Shown here: positions 9,268 to 18,960 of the stretch, piece by piece | Numbering within the stretch: the first letter of the stretch is position 1 | How the letters are laid out: each line of letters opens with the position of its first letter | NCBI GenBank assembly: GCA_903887455.1 | Contig: CAISPT010000108.1 | Coordinates: 3,235-67,234, forward strand | DNA from: an uncultured Opitutaceae bacterium | GTDB taxonomy: Bacteria; Verrucomicrobiota; Verrucomicrobiia; Opitutales; Opitutaceae | DNA length: 64,000 nt | Reading direction: 5' to 3' | Position numbers and translations under genes: made by a program | Notes under the pieces: generated by a model | Seen by the model: only the letters and a program-made list of their open reading frames with translations | What the model was told of the DNA's origin: nothing | Database searches by the model: none

Positions 9268-10659
9268 GTGAACCGCGTCCACATAAAGACCTACGGATGC
9301 CAGATGAACGAGCGCGACAGCGAGGCTGTCGCGGCGATGCTTCGCGCCCGGGGCTACCGCATGGTGGAGAGCGAGGACGACTGCGACATCCTGCTCCTGA
9401 ACACGTGCAGCGTGCGCGACGCGGCAGAGCAGAAGGCGATCGGCAAGGCCGGCTACAGCCTCCACCGAAAGAAGGGCAACCCTGACTTCGTCCTCGGGAT
9501 CCTCGGCTGCATGGCGCAGAACCGCGGGGCCGAGCTCCTGGACCGCCTCCCCGACGTCGACCTGATCATCGGCACCCAGAAGTTCCACCGCGTGCCCGAC
9601 TACCTGGACAACCTCCGGGCGGCCAGGAGCGCGGGCGTTCCGGTAGGCCGGGCGATCATCGACACCGACGAGGAGGCCGGCTCGCAGAACACGATCCGCG
9701 ACCACGACGAGTCGCCCGACCGCAAGGTGTGCGCGTTCGTCTCGATCCAGCAGGGCTGCAACATGGACTGCTCCTTCTGCATTGTGCCGACGACGCGCGG
9801 CGACGAGCGCTCCCGCCCGATGGACGACATCGTGCGGGAGTGCGAGGAGGTCGTCGCGCGCGGGGCACGAGAGGTCATGCTCCTCGGGCAGATCGTCACC
9901 AGCTACGGCAGGCGCGACTACCCGCACACCGGCGGGGTCACTCCCTTCGTCCAGCTGCTGGAGCGCGTGAACGCCATCCCGGGCCTCGAGCGCATCCGCT
10001 TCACCTCGCCGCACCCGCGCGGCTTCCGGGAGGACCTGGCGGAGGCCTTCGCGCGGATGCCCAAGCTCGGGGAGCACGTCCACCTGCCTGTGCAGTCGGG
10101 AAGCGACGCGGTCCTTAAGGCCATGAGGAGGCCCTATTCGCGCGAACGCTACCTGGAGATCGTGCGCATGCTGAGGGCGGCCAAGCCTTCGATGGCGTTC
10201 TCGACCGACATCATCGTGGGCTTCCCCGGAGAGACCGAGCTGGACTTCCAGGCCACCCTGGACCTCTGCCGCGAGGTGGACTACGACATGGCGTACATCT
10301 TCAAGTACTCGGTGCGCACGGGGACGCCCGCGGCGACGATGCCCGGCCAGGTGCCCGAGGAGGTGCGCGAGGAGCGCAATCGGATCCTGCTTGAGGAGCT
10401 CGGGAAGGGGTCGCTCCGCCGGGCGCAGTCCCTCGTCGGAAGCGTGCAGGAGGTCCTGGTCGAGGGCCCCGACAAGACGCTCCAGCGCTTCATGGGCCGC
10501 ACCCGGGGCAACCGGGCGACCGTCTTCGAGGCCGCCCCGAGGCTCGTCGGGTCACTGGTGCAGGTCGAGGTCACCCGGGCCAGCGTCAGCACGCTCTACG
10601 GCAACCTCGTGATCTCGGGCGCTGGCTTGCAATCACCGCAGGGCGCGGCGTCACTCTGA
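9268..10659 (+). CDS. miaB: tRNA-2-methylthio-N6-dimethylallyladenosine synthase
   Basis: 463 aa with a GTG start. Has UPF0004 N-terminal cysteines (YGCQMN, NTCSVR, GCMAQ), a radical SAM CNMDCSFC motif and a TRAM C-terminus. Confidence 0.9.
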   Translation: MNRVHIKTYGCQMNERDSEAVAAMLRARGYRMVESEDDCDILLLNTCSVRDAAEQKAIGKAGYSLHRKKGNPDFVLGILGCMAQNRGAELLDRLPDVDLIIGTQKFHRVPDYLDNLRAARSAGVPVGRAIIDTDEEAGSQNTIRDHDESPDRKVCAFVSIQQGCNMDCSFCIVPTTRGDERSRPMDDIVRECEEVVARGAREVMLLGQIVTSYGRRDYPHTGGVTPFVQLLERVNAIPGLERIRFTSPHPRGFREDLAEAFARMPKLGEHVHLPVQSGSDAVLKAMRRPYSRERYLEIVRMLRAAKPSMAFSTDIIVGFPGETELDFQATLDLCREVDYDMAYIFKYSVRTGTPAATMPGQVPEEVREERNRILLEELGKGSLRRAQSLVGSVQEVLVEGPDKTLQRFMGRTRGNRATVFEAAPRLVGSLVQVEVTRASVSTLYGNLVISGAGLQSPQGAASL

Positions 10660-10673
10660 GCCGCACCAGCCCC

Positions 10674-11216
10674 ATGTCCCTGTTCACCGCCTCCCTCGTC
10701 CCCGGCCTCCTCCTGATCCTCGTCGGGCTGCCCCTCATGCTGGACCTCCCGGCGTTCAAGGCGGCGGTGAAGGCGTTCCCGAGGTCGGCGCCCGTGGGCT
10801 ATGTCGTGTTCGGTGCGGCCTCGGTCTGGTTCCTCTACAACATCCTGCACCTCTCGAACGCCGACTTCGGCGAGTACCGAAACCTCCTCTTCGTGGGCTT
10901 CGCCGTCGTCGCCGTTCTCGCCTACAAGTGCGTGCCGGACTTCCTCGGCGTCCGGGGCGCTGCCGCCCTGGTGCTGATCGGCGCGGGCCCCTTCCTCCAG
11001 GCCGCCTACATGGAGTATGGGCACCCGGCCCGCCTGTTCATGGTGTCCTTCGTCTACCTGGCGATCGCGCTGGCGATCTGGCTTGGGGCCCAGCCCTGGC
11101 GCCTGCGTGACTTTTTTGGCTGGCTCTTCGCGAGGCCCCTGCGCTCAAGGAGCCTCGGCGGCCTTCTCTTCGCGTACGGGCTGGTCCTCTGCGCGGCCGC
11201 GTTCAACCAGCGATGA
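10674..11216 (+). CDS. Hypothetical integral membrane protein (about 5 TM)
   Basis: 180 aa and hydrophobic. Its stop overlaps the gmk start (ATGA). Confidence 0.6.
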   Translation: MSLFTASLVPGLLLILVGLPLMLDLPAFKAAVKAFPRSAPVGYVVFGAASVWFLYNILHLSNADFGEYRNLLFVGFAVVAVLAYKCVPDFLGVRGAAALVLIGAGPFLQAAYMEYGHPARLFMVSFVYLAIALAIWLGAQPWRLRDFFGWLFARPLRSRSLGGLLFAYGLVLCAAAFNQR

Positions 11217-11812
11217 CGCCACCCCCCGTCCTCCTTGTCCTCGCCGGCCCCGCGGGCTCGGGCAAGAGCACGCTCTGCGACCGGCTTGTCGCCGAGGATC
11301 CCGCCTTCACGCGGGTTGTCACCAGCACGACCAGGGCCCCCAGGCAGGGCGAGGAGAACGGCGTCCACTACCACTTCTTCACACCCAAGGAGTTCGACGA
11401 CAAGGTGAAGGCCGGGGAGTTCCTGGAATGGGCCTGGGTCCACGGCGACCGCCGCTACGGGACCCTGTCGGCGAGCGTCCTCGGGCCGCTTCTGCTGGGA
11501 AAGAACCTGGTGATGAGCGTTGACGTCCAGGGCGTGGAGAGTTTCCGGCGCCTGGCGGCAAAGAACCCCTTCCTTAAGCGGGCGATGGCGACCATCTTCA
11601 TCGTCGTGGACCACGAGCGGCTGCTCTCCCGGATGCGGGAGCGGGGCAAGGACGACGAGGCTGAGATCGCCCGGCGCATGGAGACCGCGGAGGCCGAGCT
11701 CCGCGAGGCGCCCAAGTTCGACTATGTGATCGAGAGCAGGACCCGTGACGAGGACTTCGCGGCGCTTCGCGCCATCCTCAAGAAGGTTCGCTCCAGGGTG
11801 CCGGCGGCCTAG
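11213..11812 (+). CDS. gmk: Guanylate kinase
   Basis: 199 aa. Has P-loop GPAGSGKST, plus TTRAPRQGEENGVHYHF and the EWAWVHGDRRYGT block. Confidence 0.9.
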   Translation: MTPPPVLLVLAGPAGSGKSTLCDRLVAEDPAFTRVVTSTTRAPRQGEENGVHYHFFTPKEFDDKVKAGEFLEWAWVHGDRRYGTLSASVLGPLLLGKNLVMSVDVQGVESFRRLAAKNPFLKRAMATIFIVVDHERLLSRMRERGKDDEAEIARRMETAEAELREAPKFDYVIESRTRDEDFAALRAILKKVRSRVPAA

Positions 11813-12834
11813 CCGCCGATGTAGCTCATCTCGATCTTCTCGCGGGGCCTACCCGAGGCCAGGATCTCAGCACGCTCATCGCTGTAGCGGTCCACCCTTG
11901 CGCCCCAGACGCCCCCGATCCTGCCTCGCAGGTCGAGGTCGGAGGCCCCAGCCCTGAGACTGGACAGGAGGTCTTGGCCCTCGGAGGCGAAGAGGCACGT
12001 GAAGAACTTGCCGTCGGCTGATATCCTCGCTCGGTGGCAGTCCTTGCAGAAGGGTTCCGTCACCGAGGTCACGAGCCCCACCTCGCCCCTGCCGTCCGCA
12101 TACCGGTAGCGGGCGGCCACCTCGCCTCGGTAGGCCGGCGCCGTCACTTCGAGCGGCCAGCGGGCCGAGATCCGGGCGACGATCTCCTGGGCCGGCACAA
12201 CCTGCGAGGTGGACCAGTGGTTCGTGTTGCCCACGTCCATGAACTCGATGAAGCGCAGCGTGTGGCCCCGCTCCCGGAAATACTCGCAGAGCGTGAGGAT
12301 CTCCCCGTCGTTCACCCCGCGCTGGACCACGCAGTTCACCTTGACCGTGAGCCCGGCCGCCGCCGCCGCGTCGATCCCGGAGAGGACCCTTGAGACGTCG
12401 AAACCGAGCCCGTTCATGCGGCCGGCGGTATCCCGGTCGAGCGAGTCGACCGAGACGTTGACCCGGTCAAGGCCGGCGGCGCGAAGCGCCGAGGCCTGCT
12501 TTGCCAAAAACCACCCGTTGGTCGTGAGCGAGACGTCCCGCACCCCGAGCGCCTTTAGGTCCCCGACGATATCCGGCAGGTCGGCCCTCAGGAGGGGCTC
12601 GCCCCCGGTCAGGCGGACCTTCTCGACGCCCAAGGCGGCAAAGGCCCCCACGATCCGCACGAGCTCCCCGTGGGTCATCAGCCGGCCGTGGGAGAGGAAG
12701 GCGTGGTCCGGCCCGAATGCCTCCTTCGGCATGCAGTACGGGCACCTGAAATTGCACCGGTCGGTCACCGACACACGCAGGTCCCGCAGGGGTCGGCCGA
12801 GTGTGTCGCGGGGTCCTGCCATGTAATAATTCAA
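11809..12834 (-). CDS. moaA: GTP 3',8-cyclase (molybdenum cofactor biosynthesis protein A)
   Basis: 341 aa. Has radical SAM motif CNFRCPYCMP and a C-terminal CxxCxxxR cluster (CKDCHRARISADG). Confidence 0.9.
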   Translation of the reverse strand: MNYYMAGPRDTLGRPLRDLRVSVTDRCNFRCPYCMPKEAFGPDHAFLSHGRLMTHGELVRIVGAFAALGVEKVRLTGGEPLLRADLPDIVGDLKALGVRDVSLTTNGWFLAKQASALRAAGLDRVNVSVDSLDRDTAGRMNGLGFDVSRVLSGIDAAAAAGLTVKVNCVVQRGVNDGEILTLCEYFRERGHTLRFIEFMDVGNTNHWSTSQVVPAQEIVARISARWPLEVTAPAYRGEVAARYRYADGRGEVGLVTSVTEPFCKDCHRARISADGKFFTCLFASEGQDLLSSLRAGASDLDLRGRIGGVWGARVDRYSDERAEILASGRPREKIEMSYIGG

Positions 12835-12889
12835 AAAAGCACCAAATCGTTATTTTCGCGAGGCGGTATTTGTGTCCTAACCTTCCTAC

Positions 12890-14098
12890 GTGCTCACACC
12901 CGAAGGCGCCGAGAGGCTGATTCTGGAGGCGATCCCGCTGTTCCACCGCGAGGACTGCGCAATCGCCGAGGCCCACGGAAGGGTGCTCCGGACCGACCTG
13001 AAGGCGGACCGCGACCTTCCCCCATTCGACCGCGTCACCATGGACGGCTTCGCCGTCCGCTCCGCCAGCCGCTCTGCGGGGATCTCGCGGTTCCATGTCG
13101 GGGCCACGCAGGCGGCGGGCATGAGGCCCTTCACGCTCGGCGCCGCTCCCGAAGCAGCGATTGAGGTCATGACGGGCTGCGTCCTCCCCGAGGGCGCCGA
13201 CTGCGTGGTCCCCTACGAGGACGCGATCCGCGAGGGCGAGTGGATGACCGTCCACCCTGACGCCGAGCCGTCCGCGGCCGGAAGGCACGTCCACCGGCGG
13301 GGTTCGGACCACGCCAAGGGGGAGGTCATCGTCCGGGCCGGCGTCCGGCTTACCGGCCGGGAGATCGCGGTGGCGGCCTCGTGCGGCCACCCGGCGCTCA
13401 CCGTCACCCATTCGCCGAAGGTGGCCGTGATCTCGACGGGCGACGAGCTCGTCGAGGTGGACTCGCTGGTGGCGCCCCACCAGGTGCGCCGCAGCAACGA
13501 CCACGCGCTCAGGGCCGCCCTCATCCGGGCCGGGTACCCGAGGTCGGACCGCTTCCACCTCCGGGACATCCGGCACGAGATCGAGCACATGCTCTGGCAC
13601 ATCCTGGCCGAGTACGAGGTGATCCTGATCACCGGGGGCGTCTCCAAGGGCAAGTTTGACTTCCTGCCCTCCGAGCTCGGCAGGCAGGGGGTCCAGAAGA
13701 TCTTCCAGGGCGTGGCCCAGAGGCCGGGCAAGCCGTTCTGGTTCGGGCTCAGCGGGCGGATGACGCCGGTGTTCGCGCTGCCGGGCAACCCCGTGTCGGC
13801 TTACACCTGCCTCCACCGCTACGTCCTTCCCGCCCTCGACCATGCGAGCGGGCTGGCGCCCCGGGCCCCCTTCGGTGCGGCGCTCGCCGAGCGGGTCGTC
13901 TTCAAGCCTAAGCTCTCCTGTCTACTTCCGGTTCGGCTCTCGAGCGGCCCGGGGGCGGAGCTCCTGGCCTCACCGTGCGCGACGAATTCCTCCGGCGACT
14001 TTGCCGGGCTCGTGGGCACCGACGGGTTTGTCGAGCTTCCCGCCGGCCAGGACGAGTTCCCCGCGGGCTACGTCGCCCCGTACCGGCCCTGGGTCTAG
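12890..14098 (+). CDS. moeA: Molybdopterin molybdotransferase
   Basis: 402 aa with a GTG start. Has PPFDRVTMDGFAV and ITGGVSKGKFDF motifs. Confidence 0.88.
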   Translation: MLTPEGAERLILEAIPLFHREDCAIAEAHGRVLRTDLKADRDLPPFDRVTMDGFAVRSASRSAGISRFHVGATQAAGMRPFTLGAAPEAAIEVMTGCVLPEGADCVVPYEDAIREGEWMTVHPDAEPSAAGRHVHRRGSDHAKGEVIVRAGVRLTGREIAVAASCGHPALTVTHSPKVAVISTGDELVEVDSLVAPHQVRRSNDHALRAALIRAGYPRSDRFHLRDIRHEIEHMLWHILAEYEVILITGGVSKGKFDFLPSELGRQGVQKIFQGVAQRPGKPFWFGLSGRMTPVFALPGNPVSAYTCLHRYVLPALDHASGLAPRAPFGAALAERVVFKPKLSCLLPVRLSSGPGAELLASPCATNSSGDFAGLVGTDGFVELPAGQDEFPAGYVAPYRPWV

Positions 14099-14159
14099 AT
14101 TCCCCAGAACCGAAGGGTTGCGGTCGCCTGTTCCCCCGCCACAAGCTCGTACCCTCTCG

Positions 14160-14660
14160 ATGGCCACGAAGCGCACCCTCTCGCACCTGGACGCCCGCAA
14201 CCGCCCGCAGATGGTGGATGTCGGCGCAAAGGCCGTGACCTCTCGTACGGCGGTTGCCGAGGCCGTCGTCGTGCTGCCCAAGGCCCTCGCCGGGCTCATC
14301 CGGGACGGCGACATCGCCTCGCCTAAGGGCCCCGTCTTCCAGGCCGCGGTCCTCGCGGGCATCATGGGGGCGAAGAGGACGTCGGACCTGATCCCGCTCT
14401 GCCACCCCCTTCCCCTCGACGACTGCAAGGTGGAGATAGAGGCACGGCGGCCCGCGGCCGACGGTTCGGCGGAGGTTCGCGTGCGCTGCACCGCGAGGAC
14501 GCAGGCCCGCACCGGGGTCGAGATGGAGGCCCTGACCGGAGCGACGGTCGCCGCCCTCACGCTCTACGACATGGGCAAGGCCGTGACCCACGGGATCGTG
14601 ATCCGCGACGTCAGGCTCCGCTCGAAGACGGGCGGGAAAAGCACCTACCGGGCCCCGTGA
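14160..14660 (+). CDS. moaC: Cyclic pyranopterin monophosphate synthase
   Basis: The internal ATG at 14160 of track ORF 13842..14660 gives a 166-aa protein. It carries SHLD....MVDVG.K and DLIPLCHPLPL motifs. The upstream part of the ORF overlaps moeA and is Arg/Pro-rich. Confidence 0.88.
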   Translation: MATKRTLSHLDARNRPQMVDVGAKAVTSRTAVAEAVVVLPKALAGLIRDGDIASPKGPVFQAAVLAGIMGAKRTSDLIPLCHPLPLDDCKVEIEARRPAADGSAEVRVRCTARTQARTGVEMEALTGATVAALTLYDMGKAVTHGIVIRDVRLRSKTGGKSTYRAP

Positions 14661-14902
14661 ATAAGTCCGTCAGCGTGAGCTATTACGCGATCCTTCGCGA
14701 GCAGCGGGGCCTCGGCACCGAGGAGGTCCCGACCATGGCCGTCACCGCTTCGGACCTTTACGAGGAACTTCGCGCGCGCCACGGCTTCACGCTGCCGGCC
14801 AGCAGGGTGCGCGTGGCCGTGAACGACGACTTTCAGCCCTGGGGGGTCGCCGTCGAGGACGGTGACCGCATCGCCTTCCTTCCCCCGGTTGCCGGAGGCT
14901 GA
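14657..14902 (+). CDS. moaD: Molybdopterin synthase sulfur carrier subunit
   Basis: 81 aa, ubiquitin-like size. It has a C-terminal Gly-Gly (PPVAGG) and a GTGA overlap with moaC. Confidence 0.85.
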   Translation: MNKSVSVSYYAILREQRGLGTEEVPTMAVTASDLYEELRARHGFTLPASRVRVAVNDDFQPWGVAVEDGDRIAFLPPVAGG

Positions 14903-14905
14903 CCC

Positions 14906-15358
14906 ATGGAGTTTCGCGTCACAGGCCAGAAGATCGACCCCGCCCAGCTAATTCTGGCGATTGGCGACACCCGGGTGGGCGCCTGCGTCACGTTCGAGGG
15001 CAGGGTCAGGCGCCAGAACGAGGGCCGCAGCGTCCTGTCGCTCGACTACGAGGCGTTCAAGCCCCTGGCGGAGAAGGAGGGCCAGAGGATCCTGGAGGAG
15101 GCCCGGCAGAAGTTCGGCGTTTTGGATGCTGTCTGCGTGCACAGGACCGGCAGCCTAAAGCTCGGAGACCTTGCGGTGTGGATCGCCATCACGGCCGAGC
15201 ACCGCGGTGCTGCATTCGACGCCTGCCGGTACGTGATCGACGAGGCGAAGGCGCGGGTCCCGATCTGGAAAAAGGAGCACTATGGGGACGGCTCAACCGA
15301 GTGGATCAACTGCGCCACCCGCGGCCCAGGCGTGTCGGGCCCGGGTCCCGCAGGCTGA
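14906..15358 (+). CDS. moaE: Molybdopterin synthase catalytic subunit
   Basis: 150 aa. Has GA...FEG.VR, the HR.G.L..GD block and the PIWKKE motif. Confidence 0.88.
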   Translation: MEFRVTGQKIDPAQLILAIGDTRVGACVTFEGRVRRQNEGRSVLSLDYEAFKPLAEKEGQRILEEARQKFGVLDAVCVHRTGSLKLGDLAVWIAITAEHRGAAFDACRYVIDEAKARVPIWKKEHYGDGSTEWINCATRGPGVSGPGPAG

Positions 15359-15420
15359 TTTTCCCACCGTCCTTCGGCTCGACACGCCGGGTCCCCGTTG
15401 CTACCAGATTGGTCATTCCC

Positions 15421-15753
15421 ATGGTCTCGAATCTCACCTTCTTCGCGGCGACGACGACGCTCGATAAGCTCCAGAACATCCCGAAGGAATTCTGGCTGAA
15501 GGCGGGCGGGGCAATACTGGCGGTGATCGTGGTCTTCATCGTCATCCAGAAGGTATTGAAGATAAATAAGTTCGTCCTCGGGGGTGTCCTCTTTGTCGGC
15601 GCCGGCCTCATGTGGTTCAACTGGATCTACCACCGCACGGAGCCCAAGTTCCTGACTCCGCTTGTGGACCGAATAGCCCCCTTCTTCCCGTCCGCCGGCG
15701 CCTACGAGACGAAGCAATCGGCGCTGCCTGGCGAGTCGACGAAGAAGAAGTAG
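15421..15753 (+). CDS. Small membrane protein (110 aa, 2 TM)
   Basis: Internal ATG of track ORF 15178..15753. The upstream portion overlaps moaE out of frame. The downstream part has two clear hydrophobic helices. Confidence 0.5.
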   Translation: MVSNLTFFAATTTLDKLQNIPKEFWLKAGGAILAVIVVFIVIQKVLKINKFVLGGVLFVGAGLMWFNWIYHRTEPKFLTPLVDRIAPFFPSAGAYETKQSALPGESTKKK

Positions 15754-15809
15754 CCCGCGGTAGAAACTGCTTGGTTTAAGGGCAAGGGTGGGGGAGATTC
15801 GTCGGCGCT

Positions 15810-17312
15810 ATGGCTAAACCACTTTCGGACATCGGACTCGTCGGCCTTGCGGTCATGGGCCAGAACCTGGCCCTCAACATCGCCGATCACGGCTTCCAGA
15901 TCTCGGTCTTCAACCGCACGACAGAAAAGACGGACGCCTTCGTTGCGGCTAACCCCGGGACCCCGGGTGGCGTTGTCGGAACAAAGACCCTGCAGGAGTT
16001 TGTTTCCTCGCTCTCGGTGCCGCGCAAGATCGTGATCCTTGTCCAGGCCGGCAAGGGCACGGACGCCGTCATCGACGGCCTGACGCCGCTCCTCTCCAAG
16101 GGCGACATCGTGATCGACGGCGGCAACTCCCTCTGGACGGACACGATCCGCCGGGAGAAGGCGCTGAGCGCGATCGGGCTCCGATTCATCGGCAGCGGCG
16201 TCTCCGGCGGCGAGGAGGGCGCGCGCTTCGGCCCGTCCCTCATGCCCGGCGGCGAGTTTGCGGCCTGGCTCGAACTCAAGCCGATCTGGGAGGCGATCGC
16301 CGCCAAGGTTGATGCGAAGACCGGCAAGCCCCTCGCGGGCGCCCTCCCGGGCAAGCCCGTTACGGGCGGCGTGCCCTGCACGGCCTACATCGGCGCCAAC
16401 GGCGCGGGCCACTACGTGAAAATGGTCCACAATGGGATCGAGTACGGCGACATGCAGATGATCTGCGAGGCCTACTCGCTCATGAAGGGCCTCCTGGGGC
16501 TAAAGCCCGCCGAGATGGGCGCGATCTTCTCGGAGTGGAACACGGGCATCCTGGACAGCTTTCTGATCGAGATCACGGCCGACATCCTCAAGCAGAAGGA
16601 CCCGGTGACCCGGAAGCCCTTCGTCGACGTGGTCCTCGACACCGCGGGCCAGAAGGGGACGGGCAAGTGGACCTCGACCAGCGCCCTCGACATGGGCGTT
16701 CCCGCTCCGACGATAGCCGAGGCCGTCTTCGCTCGGTGCATCTCCGCGATCAAGAACGAGCGGGTGGCCGCCTCGAAGATCCTGAAGGGCCCGGGCAAGA
16801 AGTACCGGGGCTCGAAGAAGGCGCTGATCGCCGCGATCCACGACGCCCTCTACTGCTCCAAGATCTGCAGCTACGCCCAGGGATTCCAGCTCATGCGCGC
16901 CGGCGCCCAGGAGTACGGATGGAAGCTCAACTTCGGCGAGATCGCTCAGATATGGAGGGGCGGGTGCATCATCCGCGCCGCCTTCCTTCAGAAGATCACC
17001 GAGGCGTACGCGCGCAACCCGGACCTGGCGAACCTGCTCCTGGATCCGTACTTCAACAAGACCTTCAAGGCGGCGCAGGCCAACTGGCGCAAGGTGATCG
17101 CGCTCGCCGCCGAATGCGGCGTCCCGGCGCCGACCTTTGCGGCGTCGCTTGCCTACTACGACGGCTACCGTTCGGCCAGGCTCCCCGCCAACCTGCTCCA
17201 GGCCCAGCGCGACTACTTCGGTGCTCACACCTACGAGCGGGTCGACCAGCCCCGCGGGAAGTTCTTCCACCTGGACTGGCCTGACGCCAAGCGGCCTCAA
17301 CTGAAAGTCTAG
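15810..17312 (+). CDS. gnd: 6-phosphogluconate dehydrogenase, decarboxylating
   Basis: 500 aa. Has Rossmann motif [15 protein letters not shown], plus [19 protein letters not shown] and the [12 protein letters not shown] block. Confidence 0.92.
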   Translation: MAKPLSDIGLVGLAVMGQNLALNIADHGFQISVFNRTTEKTDAFVAANPGTPGGVVGTKTLQEFVSSLSVPRKIVILVQAGKGTDAVIDGLTPLLSKGDIVIDGGNSLWTDTIRREKALSAIGLRFIGSGVSGGEEGARFGPSLMPGGEFAAWLELKPIWEAIAAKVDAKTGKPLAGALPGKPVTGGVPCTAYIGANGAGHYVKMVHNGIEYGDMQMICEAYSLMKGLLGLKPAEMGAIFSEWNTGILDSFLIEITADILKQKDPVTRKPFVDVVLDTAGQKGTGKWTSTSALDMGVPAPTIAEAVFARCISAIKNERVAASKILKGPGKKYRGSKKALIAAIHDALYCSKICSYAQGFQLMRAGAQEYGWKLNFGEIAQIWRGGCIIRAAFLQKITEAYARNPDLANLLLDPYFNKTFKAAQANWRKVIALAAECGVPAPTFAASLAYYDGYRSARLPANLLQAQRDYFGAHTYERVDQPRGKFFHLDWPDAKRPQLKV

Positions 17313-17333
17313 GCGAAGGCGGGGTTTGTTTTC

Positions 17334-17396
17334 TGACAATTCAATGTGTGAGTACCGAAGTTGTGAGTGTGAGTACTGACAATTAATGTGTGAGCC
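17334..17396. repeat. Direct repeats TGACAATT(C)AATGTGTGAG (17334-17352 and 17377-17394), with extra GTGTGAGTAC copies between them, at the boundary of the low-G+C islet
   Basis: Read directly. The second copy contains the last codons and stop of the Fic gene. The first copy lies in the gnd-fic spacer. Confidence 0.7.
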
Positions 17397-18960
17397 TTTG
17401 CGTCTCCTTCGCGGACCTATCCAGCTTCAGGCGGTCGATTGTACCATCGATAGTGGCCCTGACGAATTTCGCGAAAGCTCGGATATCACCATTGACTGAA
17501 GCGTCCTCAAGAGCCGCGAAGTAAAGTTGGCGATCTTTGACCTCGATCGTCTTCCAAGGATAGCCGCCGGAAGCGAGCATCGCGTTCATCAGAAATCGGG
17601 CGACGCGGCCGTTACCGGCGATGAACGGATGGATGTATACGAACGCAAAGTGCCCGAGGACTGCACGTACTTCAGGCGATTTTTCCTTACGGAGAATGTC
17701 GAACATCCGGTCCATGGTGTCCATCAAGGCCTCCTTAGGGGGCGGACAGTGCCGGGAAGTGTTAATGACAACCAGACCGTTCCTATAGCCCGCTAGGTCG
17801 GCGTGGGTGATGATTCCGGCATCAACCGCGGGTTGAAAGAGCGCCACGTGCCATGACTTGAAGTCGCGGGCAAGAACATCGACTGAATCCTGGCCATTTC
17901 GAATATCCAGTATGGAAAGCCTGACCTTCTGGAATGCCTCAAAGTAGCCACGTGCGGCGAGGGCATTCCGAGCGTCCGGTTCTGAAGAGGGATTCCATTG
18001 ACCCTGTGCAACCCTTCGAATCAGTCCCTCCGTTACCTGGTAGCCCTCGATCGACAGGGAATTATACGAGTCACGGGGATACGTTTCATCCAATTGCTTG
18101 AGATATTGTTCAGTGGTGATTGGAACGACCGTCCTGTTGGCAAAAATCTTCGCCACTTCATCGCGCATTCTGGCGCACATGGAGTCTAGCCTAGCTGCAT
18201 ATGGCGATCGTTCGAGTTTGAGCACCCGTTGTGGTTCGTGGTGTCCGAAAGGATTTTTTTCACGGACAATGTTTCCAACCTTCCTGAGTGCTTCCGCTAA
18301 CTGATCCGCTTGGGTAGAAAAGCCAACGGCGCGATAGGCGCCCACGGCTCGACCCATTTTCGTCTCGTCCGACGGGCCCGATACAAATTCCCGGAAGACA
18401 TCCTCCCAGGGGGTGGTCTTCAGCATGACCTCCAAAGAAACAGGATCGTCGTTGAACGAGGACGGGGCGATGCGCGCCAGCACGGCTCCCGGACTCATGA
18501 CGCGCAGACCGCGAACGGTTTCGATGCCCTTTGGAAGAGTATTCGTCTGCACGAGCACCGCCGAATAACCACCGGGCAATTCGACTATGGTATTCGAGGC
18601 GCTGAGGGTATTGATCAAAATTTGCCTTTGTACGGTTCCTCGGACCGACAGGATATCTTTCGAGGACTCAGCGCTCAGGGTATATCCGTCGTTACCGAAC
18701 CTGTTGGAGAGATAGCGGCCGAGAAATGGCCAAATTGTCGCGTTCCAAAAGGAGGGCTCTTCCGGCTTGGTGTCGGAGCGTACCAAGGCATACCAACCTC
18801 GGATAATGGGGAGCAGGAACCCGGTTTGCTCAAGGCGAGTCCGGTCTGTTCTCGAGATGTCTTCTGTTCGGACAATTCCGTCCGTCGCTAAGGCGTGAAC
18901 ACGGGATAGCGATTCGGAGACCAGCTTGTTTTGCGCTTCCACAATCAAACCATTAGCCAA
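17383..18960 (-). CDS. Fic-domain protein with a long N-terminal extension (AbiEi-like winged-helix region, aa ~20-60)
   Basis: 525 aa. The Fic core HPFIAGNGRVAR is at aa 444-455 (nt 17596-17631). An upstream SxxxEG inhibitory-helix motif (S301-G306) is present. The N-terminal GIVRTEDISRTDRTRLEQTGFLLPIIRGWYAL resembles AbiEi antitoxin wHTH. The gene has much lower G+C than its neighbours. Confidence 0.85.
   Translation of the reverse strand: MANGLIVEAQNKLVSESLSRVHALATDGIVRTEDISRTDRTRLEQTGFLLPIIRGWYALVRSDTKPEEPSFWNATIWPFLGRYLSNRFGNDGYTLSAESSKDILSVRGTVQRQILINTLSASNTIVELPGGYSAVLVQTNTLPKGIETVRGLRVMSPGAVLARIAPSSFNDDPVSLEVMLKTTPWEDVFREFVSGPSDETKMGRAVGAYRAVGFSTQADQLAEALRKVGNIVREKNPFGHHEPQRVLKLERSPYAARLDSMCARMRDEVAKIFANRTVVPITTEQYLKQLDETYPRDSYNSLSIEGYQVTEGLIRRVAQGQWNPSSEPDARNALAARGYFEAFQKVRLSILDIRNGQDSVDVLARDFKSWHVALFQPAVDAGIITHADLAGYRNGLVVINTSRHCPPPKEALMDTMDRMFDILRKEKSPEVRAVLGHFAFVYIHPFIAGNGRVARFLMNAMLASGGYPWKTIEVKDRQLYFAALEDASVNGDIRAFAKFVRATIDGTIDRLKLDRSAKETQRLTH

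Noticed and set aside
12835-12889. Possible Moco riboswitch in the moaA/moeA divergent spacer
   Set aside because: The spacer is only 55 nt, whereas the Moco RNA motif needs roughly 130-150 nt. No conserved motif elements were seen.
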